A stretch of DNA of 62,632 nucleotides, filler included, from Stramenopiles sp. TOSAG23-2 (GCA_900128395.1; 28 parts of 28 records of this genome joined end to end with filler, not necessarily neighbours in it), one strand, 5' to 3'; shown: positions 47,140 through 59,408, counted from the first letter of the whole stretch. The notes: generated by a model from the sequence alone, not told the origin. Numbers and translations: made by a program.

Positions 47140-49271
47140 TCATCTACTTTTGACATGATGAACAATAATTCTTTTTTTTCATCCAAAACCATTTTTAAAT
47201 TACGAAGACAACTATCATCTTCTAATACACCTCCTGTCAAAATTATTACAACATATTCAGCTTCTGAAACAACAGATGTAATTGTTTGTTGGCGAGACAA
47301 TAATGATTTTTCTATATCTTGACCAATATGTTTTCCAGATTTTATATTGTCAACTGAGTTTTCAGCATAAATGACCATAAATGAATGTTTTTTAAAAGTA
47401 GGATGAATTGGTCTAGGTACTTGAATCTTAGCACGACGTAACAATTCATATAGCATACTTTTATATTCAAATCCACGACGACGATGTGGTATCATTTTCT
47501 CAGTATTATACATGTCAATTATTAATTGACGTATGTGATTTGCAGTATTTGGACTGCTTTTTAACTTGGAAAATTTAGTAAATCCCATATCTTTGGTCTC
47601 AAGATCCGTATATGTATATTGTAACGTTGAAACCATTTTCCCTTTTGCATTATATCCCATCGAACTTTTCCATCCACGTTCTTCTGCATTTTTATGATTT
47701 GACTTGCGCGAACACATGTTTTTCTGCCAACGTTTTAAATCCCATTGCCAAAACATTGGATTTTCTTCCACAATCACAATAATTGGTTTCTTATACAACA
47801 ATGCAGTAGCAAATTCCAACAAACAATACCATCGTGACATATAACTATTTGTTAATATAACTAAAAATACATCTGAATCAATTACACCTTGTATCATACT
47901 ATTTGCATCAATATTTTTTTGTGACATATCACGCCATACATGTACCCCTAATCTAGCCAATGCATTGTATAACAAGCCAGCTTCACCTGATGATTCTGCT
48001 TGGGAATGTGATATGAACATATGGTATTCCATTTTCTGTTCGTCAGGTTTATTATTATTTGGATTTAAAAAACGATGACATAATATAGTTTTTATGGATG
48101 GTCTCGCAGATGGATCCCCTTTCAAACAATGTCGAATTAAGTTGCGTGCATCATTCGTCATGTGTGGGTTGTTTGAATTGTATGGAAAATTAATTACCGT
48201 TAAATGTGAATCGGGTATAGTATGCCATGCGCATAGTATAGTTTTATCAACTTCATTGACAATATTATCATTATTGATATCTTGTTTAAACAAATTCTGA
48301 CCTGAACAAAGTTCATATAGTAAAACACCTAAGGACCACACATCGAATGATTCTTTGATGAAAGGCGGCTCCTCATTAACTCGAAAGATATATCTTGCAA
48401 TTTCTGGAGGAATATATCCAGAACTATATTTGAATCGATGGCCATTTTTTCTGTAATCCCTCCCTTCCTTGTCTTCTTCAATATTGTTGTAAGCAGCGTC
48501 AAGATCACATAGGGTTATGTCTGTATTACCTAAAACTGTTTCTCCGTTTCCGCCTTCATTTTTTTTATTATTGTGAACAACAAGCAAGTTTCTCCATTTT
48601 AAATCGGTATGAATTATTTTACACTTATGAAGCTGCTCGACTCGTTTAACTATCCTTTTGAAATACGTAGGAACTTTCTCCTGGTTGCCAGCTACCCGTA
48701 GTGAGTTGAGCTTCTGAAATAAAGACATATTTGCATGTTGTAAAATTAAAACAAAACGCTTGGAGCCATGTTCTTCTTTTAAATCGCGTTTTAGTAAGTN
48801 NNNNNNNNNNNNNNNNNNNNNNNNNNNNNNNNNNNNNNNNNNNNNNNNNNNNNNNNNNNNNNNNNNNNNNNNNNNNNNNNNNNNNNNNNNNNNNNNNTAA
48901 ATCGCGTTTTAGTAAGTCTCTTCTTTTCCATCCTTTTATTTTGTTGAAATCTTCTTTTGTTAAGTTTTCTCCTTTCCATTTTATCTTCTTCTCTAATTCA
49001 TCAAATTCTTCACACCAGTTTTCTTTTACCCATTTTTCTTCTGCGTGCCATCCAAGTAATTTGATGGTTGAGTCACAGATATCTTTGTGTAGTCGACATA
49101 TTATCTCACGTATAAATTCTACTGAATTTTCCATTAACTTAACAACAACTTTTTCATTACCATCCATTGCATCCATTGCGCTATAAATATTGCTAGTCTT
49201 AGACTGGTGCATAGAATCTAATTGCATCAATTCGTATCTATTGAACATATACTTTCGCAAAGTTGTTTTTG
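47140..49271 (-). CDS. Protein kinase-TIR-TIR fusion (both ends truncated; internal N gap is spurious)
   Basis: Kinase motifs VVVKLM, HTDLKWRN, DLDAA, SSGYIPPE and DVWSLG. TIR motifs MFISHSQ...VWRD...SDVFLVILT...RWYCLLEF, then a second TIR-like unit. The flanks of gap 48800-48897 overlap by 20 bp, giving one frame. Confidence 0.85.
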
Positions 49272-49371
49272 NNNNNNNNNNNNNNNNNNNNNNNNNNNNN
49301 NNNNNNNNNNNNNNNTTAATTAATTAANNNNNNNNNNNNNNNNNNNNNNNNNNNNNNNNNNNNNNNNNNNN

Positions 49372-50420
49372 TTTTACTCTGACAGTTGATACCAATAAAC
49401 GACAATTAATTTCATTATTAAGTAAATAAAAAATTATGCACAATTAGTAGATTTATCACGTTCCTATGGTGGAACAAGTGGTTTTCATACAAGTGCTGTT
49501 TTCGTTAAATATATTTTATGAAATGGTGTTAATAAATATATACATGTATGTACACATAGATTGACACAGACAGTATGTTGCATATGAGTAGTAAAAAAGA
49601 ATACGTCGATAAGCAATTTGCATGGTGGATACAAGTGTATAAAGTCGGTTTCGTAGCACATTTTGAATGCCTTCTTGATGAAGATTACGATGATGACAAT
49701 GGTGTAAAGAATTCTGAATCTTCCATTGAAGATGCTATATTCGAAGATGCATATGTTGCATTACGTTTGTTAGATGGTGTTGTATTTAAAATATCAAAAA
49801 TACCATTGATATTAAATAAAGATGGTGATGATGACGAGGAACAAGAAGATGATGATAACATGGAAGAATAGTATACGGGACAACCTAGCATTTGTATTAG
49901 AATAACACCATTGCCATTATTAATTAATAATGATAACAATAATAATAACAACGGCGGCATTGGTACAATATTAATTGAAATTTATTTTGGAAAACAATTT
50001 AAATATGAAACATTACTACAAATTTTATTAGTGGACAATTGATTAGTACCAGGACGGTAATCATTGCACAACAATTACATGTTACACCCGTAACTAGTGA
50101 TGCAAAAAAATCTGCAAATGATGAAGGATTATATACAATAATATATTACCATTCAGTACGTAAACGACTAATGGGACCACATATACAAACAAATGAAGAA
50201 ATTGATGAGTTAATTTAAACATTAGAAAGTTGTCGTAAAATATTAATCGCTTTGAAAGATGTTTCTGATATATATACATGGTTATTAGTATCGGAAGGTA
50301 TAACACGTTTATTGGAAGGTGCACGTATAACATGATGTAAAGATGGTAAAGATTTATCGATAATCGGTGCATCGTTGGAAATGTCTGTTATAATGGGTAA
50401 TAATCATCATGTGAACACGG
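49372..50420 (+). pseudogene. Inositol polyphosphate 4-phosphatase (INPP4)-like pseudogene
   Basis: VGFVAHFECLL...FEDAYVALRLLDGVVFKI and RLLEGARIT*CKDGKDLS..ASLE resemble INPP4 motifs; several in-frame stops and frameshifts. Confidence 0.6.
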
Positions 50421-51264
50421 TAGAAAGTTGAGCGAATGTTTTTTTTATATCTCTATAATTTTATTTTTTGTGATGGTATATAATATATATTTACAATATA
50501 TAATAATACTTAATACACTCCAGCTGCTGCTGGCCCAGCACTAAAAAAAGTCTAGTGTATAGTGGACTAAACTGTCGTTCACAGTATTACTGTGGTATAG
50601 CAGCTAGGTAATAAATAATAATAATATTTTTTTACATAATTCCTTAAATTATCCTGTTCTCTCGCTTTTGGTCCCTAGTTCCAATAGTATTACAACATCA
50701 TAACACTCTCTGGTCCCTAGTTCGATTGAGTTATTATATGTCTTAAGGATACCTAAGGTAGATGACAACATGCACGGTAAATCCCAAATTTCTAAATATT
50801 CTTCTGCTGCTCTGGAAAATATATGTTTTACACTTGAATAATTTAAATTATATCGACGCTCTTTCGTGTGTAGTTTTTTTTTTTTAGCTTTTTTAAGTAG
50901 GCAGCCAGACAGCATTAAGTCTATCAATATAAATAAAACTTCAATAATTATATACGCTCTGTCGTGTAAATAATAACTATATATTTCTACTCCAAAAGGT
51001 CTAGTGGATAGTGCACTACACAGTATTGGTTATACAATATAGTCTAACTATTACCAGTATTATATTATGAAAATTCACACCACCAGAAAATGTGCTATTA
51101 TTACAGAGCTTTTCATAATGAATGGTTCTCGTTCACTCCGATAAAAATATTATCTATTTAACTATTTAACTAAACTTACAAACAAATTAAAATAACAACA
51201 TTTTTTTATCCATTACCACATAACCATAACCACTATAACCATATAATAATATAAACTTTTCCTT

Positions 51265-51309
51265 TATGCCGTTCAACCTGACTATAAATTTATAGTCAGG
51301 TTGAATGGC

Positions 51310-51312
<3 letters not shown>
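51265..51312. repeat. 48-bp near-perfect palindrome with no loop
   Basis: TATGCC-G-TTCAACCTGACTATAAA|TTTATAGTCAGGTTGAA-T-GGCATA. Confidence 0.9.
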
Positions 51313-51341
<29 letters not shown>

Positions 51342-51601
51342 TATCCTTACTTACTGAAGATAATCATAAAACAATAACAACGACAACAACAACGATGACA
51401 ACAACAACAACAACAACAACAATCAGAGCATCTGAAGGAACACCATTTGAAGATTTACCTGGTATATTACAAATATGTATTGGTACTGCTACGAAACCAG
51501 NNNNNNNNNNNNNNNNNNNNNNNNNNNNNNNNNNNNNNNNNNNNTTAATTAATTAANNNNNNNNNNNNNNNNNNNNNNNNNNNNNNNNNNNNNNNNNNNN
51601 C

Positions 51602-53728
51602 TACTTTGGCCATTACATTGCACCACGAATCACAATGAAAGTTATTTGTACTGATGATACAAGAAATACCACTACGGTTAAATTTAGTAAAAATCCTACC
51701 TATAAGAATGATGTTAAATACAATGTCACGGTAAAAGGTGCAGAGACTAAAGTTTTAACCAACAACGTGCTTGCGTATAAAATTGAATCTCCATCATGGC
51801 TCTATGCTAACCGAAACACCAAATTTTTCACCCCATCAAAGCTAACATTTGGGTTTCAGCACGAAGAAACGTTAGTTCCTGGGTATACGTTAAAACTAGG
51901 CAACGGTATATTTAAGGCGGAGACCAGCGTCAACTTTAAATGCTTAGCATGGACCACACCTGCAGTCGAATATGAAGGTTTGCAACAAACAGACGTAGAA
52001 TGTACGTGTTCTAACTCACGAGTCTCAAGCATGCAATCGAAAATCAATCGTGAAAAAGTGTGTGCATCAGCCCCAGTAACCCGAGTAATTGGCGCGACGA
52101 TCACCGATTTACAAAAGCTCATTGTATTGCCAAAGGAGATCGATGTTAATGTTGCTGCAAATCAGCTCGTGACTGGGCCTGGCATCGCATATGATACAAA
52201 AGTTATTTCCATTTCCAGTGACAGGAAGCAAATCACAATCAGTAAAATGGCACGTTTAACTTTCAATGGCAATGTGGATATATCGTTTTGGAAACCTGTT
52301 GTAGAGGTAGGCGATAAAGATTATAATACGTTTTGTGCTGGAAATGGCAATACCGTGGATGGTGAATGCCTTTGCTGCCCTCTGCGAGGTAGGTTTCCAC
52401 GCGCATGTGAAGTTGCTGGAAATAATATCGGGGCAGAAGACATATGTACGAATGATTATTACACAATACCGAAAGCCAACATACTAAATGATGGCACGAA
52501 TAACATTAAAATTGCAAATCACAATTTGTTAGATGGGGACAAAGTAGTTTACAGTCGAGGTTTACTAAAGTCAGGATTGGTTAATAAAGTTTCAGAGTTG
52601 ACCGAAACAAAAACATACACTGTCGTTCGAGTCGACAACGACAATATCCGACTAACACTAGTATCATTAGACTCTACTAATAATAATGCTGTCGTGACGA
52701 CTGCTGTTACTTTACCAACAGATACTAAAAAAAATGGCAACGACGAACAAACATTGACGGCGGTAGCAAAATTGTCTGCCCTCATCAGTTGTAGGAAAAT
52801 AGAAGTTAACACTGCAGGTAACCCCGATAAAATCATATATGTAGACGGTTTAAAACGCGTACCACATGCATGTATGTGCGGAGACACAGAAATCGACACT
52901 GGAAGCACGTGTCTACATGAACGGTTCTCCTCAAAAGAGCTACCGGTCTGTCCTGGCCAGCAAGGCGAGACGAATGACGTTTTTTGTGCATGTTGTAATG
53001 CCGCAGGTACATGCGAACGTGCAGAAGTCGGTGAAACTTGCCACAACGGAAAGGCAGAATTCCCAGCTTCCTGCGCGGCAAGGGATGGAGGAAGTGCTGT
53101 GGTGAAAATGTGCGATTGTGGAAATCAAAAAAATATTGCACCCGGCCAAATATGCAACGACGAGAACGCCAAGGATGAATACACTTTTCCTATTTGCGAA
53201 TTAGATAATGGATATAGCCCCAATATATATAATGGATATATCGAAAAGTGCTCCTGCTGCAGTACAGACTTGAATGATTGTAAAATAACGTCAGCCACGG
53301 ATACATGTCTCACGACACAAACGACTGCTACGGTAGCACCGTTAGCCGCTTGCGCCATCAGCGACGGCGCTGCCGTTACGCGTGTAGTATGCGTGTGCGG
53401 GTCAACCTATCTACTTCCTGGTGAAGTTTGTTACGAGTCGATGAAATTGGACAAATGCACGGGTTCCGGCCTCGCAGTTTCCTCTACATGCGCTTGTTGT
53501 AATGAAAACGGCGACGTTTGCACGCCCGCTTCAACGGGGGACACCTGCACGAGTCAAGGAGCCGTAGCACGGATTGATACATGTGTAGGTGGTAACACGT
53601 TAGAACCCACGGAAGTCACTTGCAACTGTGGCGATATTCAGGCGCAGCCAAATCAGGTCTGCGCTCACCATATAGAGGCAAATCTGAAATTATCAATATG
53701 CAGCGATGATGGAAACGTTGTTGATCAG
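51602..53728 (+). CDS. Large Cys-rich extracellular/surface protein (both ends truncated)
   Basis: Open frame with repeated C-x-C/CC units of about 35 aa; visibly higher GC than most contigs. Confidence 0.75.
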
Positions 53729-54949
53729 NNNNNNNNNNNNNNNNNNNNNNNNNNNNNNNNNNNNNNNNNNNNTTAATTAATTAANNNNNNNNNNNNNNNN
53801 NNNNNNNNNNNNNNNNNNNNNNNNNNNNATGATGTACGGTTTCGATTCGTTGTAGAATTGTATATACCTTTCTCCTTAGATGGCCTCAAACTATAGTTGA
53901 GTTTGTCAGTTTGTGAAAAACTTTGTACTTTCTATTATATTTTACTATATTGCATGATACTTGGAATAGAATAATTTAAAATAACAGTTTATTAACACAC
54001 AACAAAACTGATCTGTGATTTACATTTTCTTTTTCTTATATATATATCAATATACCGAAGTATAATTTACGAACTTCGTTTGTTGCTTTTGTTGAATAAA
54101 TGTGATCCAATACGCGTACATATACTATTATAATCTTTGATGTGCTAAACGTCTTAACGATTACTACTACAAGAGTATGATGTATGGTATATTTACATAC
54201 TATAATACATTAATTAAAATATATATTTGATGTATAAATATTTGAATGAATTGATGAAATGATATGCGTCTATGTAGCCGCCAGCTATAGGTTATCTTTC
54301 TACATAGATAATATATAAATATCATATAGCTTTTTGATATCATAGACGACTAAATGACTACGTCGATGAAATAAAATTGTATTTCATATTTTATTGTAAT
54401 GTGATGCTCATGATTATAAGTGCAAATAGCATAAATGCATTGAAGCTTGCCACCGATGATGAGGATACTGCAGTAATCGTTTCGATAGTATATTTTTGAT
54501 ATATTTTAATACTACCACTTCCAATAGCTACACATGTGTCCTTTTTGTAAGAAAGGCCAGTTTGTTTTGTGCCAGCGCCGGGGGGAGAACGGCGGCGGTA
54601 TAGACGAGAGGGAGCACGACAAAAATTTTTTTTTGTGCAATTTAAATTCGATTCCTGGAAAATGCTAAAAAAGTAATTTAAATTATGCATTTATTACGAA
54701 CTCGTAGAAAATTGGTAGGCTACACATTTACACATATCAATAGTATATTTAGAGATATGCACACTCATCTTCAAGTTGGTTTTAAGTTTGGACTTTGTTG
54801 TTCTTGTTTTTCAACAAAAAAAAAAAAAAAAGATAAAAAACATAAAATTTACACAGATGCGCGCATTTAAAAATTAAAATGTATGTGCTAAAGTTTGTGG
54901 GCTTCAATGTACTGCTGCGCTAATTAATAAAGTACATATTATTTTTTAT

Positions 54950-55261
54950 CTACGACAAGCGCGCAAGTGCTTCGATAGAGTTTGTGTCTCCTTGTTCTGC
55001 TGCTTTTGTATACCATTCAACTGCTTTTTTGAGATCCTTTGTAACGCCTTTACCATCTTCATACATTGTACCAAGATTACATTGACCACGTGCATGTCCT
55101 TGTTCTGCTGCTTTTTTATACCATTCAACCGCTTTTTTGTCATCCTTTGTAACGCCATCACCATTTTCATACATATAACCAAGACTAGATTGACTACATG
55201 CATGTCCTTGTTCTGCTGATTTTGTATACCATTCAACTGCTTTTTTGTAATCCTTTTGTAG
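54950..55261 (-). CDS. Sel1-repeat protein C-terminus (upstream structure unresolved)
   Basis: KDxKKAVEWYxKxAEQG occurs three times, with LGxMYExGxGV; 108-bp DNA repeats. Confidence 0.8.
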   Translation of the reverse strand, partial: LQKDYKKAVEWYTKSAEQGHACSQSSLGYMYENGDGVTKDDKKAVEWYKKAAEQGHARGQCNLGTMYEDGKGVTKDLKKAVEWYTKAAEQGDTNSIEALARLS

Positions 55262-56393
55262 GGTTGAGTATGGTGTTCAAGTATGAATGTACATAGATAA
55301 TGTATTACAATTAGTATGGAACACGCCGTCAAGATTTTCGTGAGTCAAATCTGACACGTCTATAAGAACGGGAACCTGTAAGAGAGGATCCTTTGTGGCG
55401 ACAAAGGAAGCGAGAATTGCTGCATCGCCCGCGAGCTCGCGCGCGCCTTTTTCGCAAAGAAAATTGCCCAGGTGGGTTTGCAAGTCGTCGTACACTTCCA
55501 AGCCTTCTTCCTCAGCAATATTAAACATGGACCTTTACGTCAACCTTTAGGTTTTGCAACACTTTTCGTACCACTTAAAATACAATATTTTATTAAGTTG
55601 TTATGTTGCTTGCAGTATGAATATTTCGTAACGCTGTTCGTAACACTTAAAATACAATATTAGCCCAATAACTTTATGAAACGATGCAAAAAAATGCTAC
55701 TTTGAATCGCTTGTGTGTTCTTATCGCAATGGAATATCTAAAATGCCGCTGTTGTTTTGTTGAAACCAGCAGCAAGAATCCTTCGTATGTATATCCTACA
55801 CCTCTGCGTCGGTTTTTTTCACGAAAATTTTTTTTCACCTCTCTGATATTTTTCAACAGTTGGCAAAAAAACAATAGCAAATGGAAATGATTCAACAGAT
55901 GTTGCAACGATGATAAATAAATGTGCAGGTATCTAATAAATGTGTTTTGTGGTTTNNNNNNNNNNNNNNNNNNNNNNNNNNNNNNNNNNNNNNNNNNNNT
56001 TAATTAATTAANNNNNNNNNNNNNNNNNNNNNNNNNNNNNNNNNNNNNNNNNNNNCTTAGACGCCTCTCTATAAATGTGCAAATGGAATATAAAGCAAAT
56101 ACTACCTACAGTAGAGCAAATGTGCAAATCACCACCCTTTTTTGCAACCTTTGTGCCTTTGGCTTTCGAATTCGATCATCATTTACATTATAAAAATTAT
56201 ATATTATATCCGTCCTTACACGTTGATACAAGTTGTATTGACCTGTTTTTAGTGGAAATAAAAAGGAATCATTAACTAATAAAGTCAATTTATCTAATTT
56301 ACATAAATTATACATCATACTAATATATATATATACCAAATTGCATGGTATATATGTACCTATTTATAAGTACAATAAGAGGTTGAATCAGAG

Positions 56394-58126
56394 ATGTCAG
56401 CCAAAATTGGTATTCAATCAATTTTACAAGATGATGATTGCTGTTCAAAAATATTTACATTTTTACCAAAAGAAGATATTATACGTTTTGGATGGTTTGT
56501 TTCAAAAGATTGTGCACTAAATATTAGTGGTGAAACTTGGCGTACTACCACATGCAAATACAAATGGAAAAATGCAAATGGTTACAACATTATGGAACGG
56601 TTTGAATCTGAATTTCAAAACGACTTAGAGGAAATTAATAGTCATCAATGTATGTACCGTGACCTTTACCACCATGTTGTCAAGTTAGAACGTTCTAGCT
56701 TGATTTTTGACCTAGGAAGTGAGACAGTGAAGTGCGGATATAGTTGTGAAAGCTATCCATTCATTTGTGAGCCAACATCTAAATTTTTCAATACAAACAA
56801 TTGTAAAAAAGAATTTAATACATCTGCATCTACTGCGGTATATGCTGAGGTTATTCGAAATATATTAAAGTATTTAAATGTCGATATGCAAATAGCAAAG
56901 ATATTTTTTATTATTCGCCCGTTTGATTTGGGATATGTTAACGTGTTTGTTGAGCCACAACAAATTATCAGAAAAATTGGAACTGCATGCTTGTAAGTAT
57001 AATTCTATTTCCTTGAACTTACAGTAGATATCCTCTCTAACACATCCCTCATTAATATGCTACGCTCCACAGTGAGATTTTAAATATACAAGAAATATGT
57101 TTTGAGTATGAAAGCGTATGTGCATTAAATTTTTATGGCAAACAAAATGGTATTGTACTTAGCTGCGGAAACAATATGTCTTATGTTTGCAATGTTCATA
57201 ATGGATTAATGATAAAACCACGTTTACCGAAGACAATGATCTCAAAGATTGGTGGAAAACATTTAACAATTTTAATGAAGAATATGATCAATAAAGATAA
57301 TAAAACAATGATTGATGGGAATTATAAATGTTCAGCTAATGATGCAAGAGTATTGAAAGAAGAATATACTTATACACGCGCTGCTGTCTCAAAATGGTGC
57401 CCATCCACATCTGATGTAGACGGTTTTTTATTGGATTCAGAAAATTATACTTTAGAAAATGATAGTGTGACTATTAAATTGCGAGAGGAACGTTTTTTGA
57501 TACCAGAAGCACTGTTTGACCCATCTTTATTTTCTAAGTATCATGTTTTGGAAAATGATAGATACGAACGTGAGTTTTTCTCTGTTCAAGAACTTTGCAG
57601 GCGAACAACAAATGCAATTGAGACAGATGATCGAAAGTTAGATATCCATAGTTCATTAGTATGTATAGGGGGAGGTCTTGACTTTCCATGTTTTGAATTG
57701 AGATTGCATCGTGAATTGCGACGAATGAAATTAAGAGTAATGAAAGTTCATACTGGGGACAATATGAAAGTGGCAGATAAAAAAAGCAGTCGTCGTGCTA
57801 GTAATATTATTAGCAGTTCATATTCATATGGATTATATAATACAGATACAATTAAAAGTAACAGCAACAAGAGAATTTATACTAGTTGGAGAGGAGCATG
57901 TTATTTTTGTCATGGAAGGATCAGTGAAAAGGTAAACACTGACACTTCTATTAGTGAATTAGAAAAGAAGAATACTGCATACAAACGAAAACATGGATTT
58001 TCGCGTTGGGTTGATAAAAATGCATGGAATAAATTTGGATCATCAGCTTTTTATAAAGATATTACACCAACTAATATTTATAATGAAATAAATCGCCGTA
58101 ATAATGGATTACTGAAAAAGAAGTGA
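56394..58126 (+). CDS. F-box-like/actin-related protein (exons 56394-56992 and 57073-58126; about 550 aa)
   Basis: IFDLGSETVKCG; the spliced junction gives FEILNIQEICFEYESVCALNFYGKQNGIVLSCG; ERFLIPEALFDP, IGGG..FP and SWRGA are actin-fold motifs; N-terminal KIFTFL...FVSK is F-box-like. Confidence 0.85.
56993..57072 (+). mobile_element. 80-bp GT-AG intron, candidate introner copy
   Basis: GTAAGT...CTAAC...GCTACGCTCCACAG; removal fuses the two ORFs into a continuous actin fold; similar to the intron at 7930-8018. Confidence 0.7.
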
Positions 58127-58282
58127 AAGAGGGAAGAATAATAGATATAAACAAAAATTCTTTTGAAGAGTAGGAATTATCANNNNNNNNNNNNNNNNNN
58201 NNNNNNNNNNNNNNNNNNNNNNNNNNTTAATTAATTAANNNNNNNNNNNNNNNNNNNNNNNNNNNNNNNNNNNNNNNNNNNN

Positions 58283-59086
58283 TAGCGTATCGACTGCGAA
58301 TGGAACTATTGATGCATTAGAGTGAGAACCGTTAGCACGTGCACTTTCATGGCTTCTTTTGTACTTTTGTAATTTTAATTTTGAAGCTTGGAAAATGTGG
58401 TTGTTAACGACCATCGTATTCATCAATAGATTTTGGCAGCAGTCAAGAGGATCATTCTCGACGGTTAATTTTCGTAGTTTTGGTATCTTATTTTGGTTTT
58501 TGTTTGTAATTGTTGTATCGACATAAAATAGAACTTCATCCGGCGTCTCTGCAGAGGAAATCGAAATGTCTGTGCGGTTCGTTTCAGTTGAATATGGGTG
58601 AGCTTCAATCGCGACTGCTTTGATATTGTCACCATTCAAAGCTTTAACTAAGGCATTCTGGAGCGTATCATGAAGTGCATATTTCCCACCCTTGGTGCAA
58701 TTATTGAGGCATCTGCCACCTCGTGCATTTTGGCGGGCATTCGCGTGAGCTGCACCAGCATGAGTTGCACCAGGACAAAACCCGAGATGGGAACGCTCTT
58801 TACAATGTATGCGAAGTTCACGATATTCCTTCAAGAAACGCTGAAATTTCATGTCCATGGCATGCCAAAAAGTTCTCGAATTGTGGAGTTCCCAGTTTGG
58901 TCGATTTGACAGATGGAACAAAGACCATCCTGTTTTGGCGCCAGATAATGAAGTATACATCAGACTTCGTCTCTCCTTGGACATGGGTTTGTACGAACTT
59001 AAAAGTTGAATTGGTTCATCAGATATGCAATCCCGTGGGGAAGCAAACGTGGAAATATCCGGATATCGATCATCAAGGTAAATATT
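58283..59086 (-). mobile_element. 5'-truncated non-LTR retrotransposon fragment: restriction-like endonuclease (RLE, CRE-like) region
   Basis: Ordered RLE motifs (A)LHD, IEAH, RTDI, YVDTT, KLQKY and IVPFAVDTL after a Cys/His-containing region; no RT domain in view. Confidence 0.7.
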
Positions 59087-59408
59087 ATATATACGCTTCG
59101 TAAAATGTAAAAGTACGCGTATTTTAATTTTTTATTCCTACCCATGACAATTCCTACTCTCAAAAGAATACAGTATATATCCATTCAAACAGCGGTTATT
59201 AAGATGTGCGCCTAAAATAACCTTATGCATTAAAATGTGCATTTGGCGAGGATTACAATGAATTATACCCTGGTACAATTTATTCCCCATTTAATTTTTA
59301 TCAACAGAAGGTTGATAACATCTATTTACCTCTTCGCTAATTTCTGTTACAGGAATTATTGACACATTTTGTGAGATAGATATATTAATGATATATATAA
59401 AAATGGAA

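Noticed and set aside
48800-48897. Frameshift or two separate kinase genes
   Set aside because: TAAATCGCGTTTTAGTAAGT is present on both sides of the gap; merging the overlap gives one frame.
50320-50365. TGA next to the INPP4 catalytic Cys as selenocysteine or a recoded stop
   Set aside because: The same locus has TAA/TAG stops, frameshifts and loss of the CX5R Arg, so it is a pseudogene. Other genes use standard stops.
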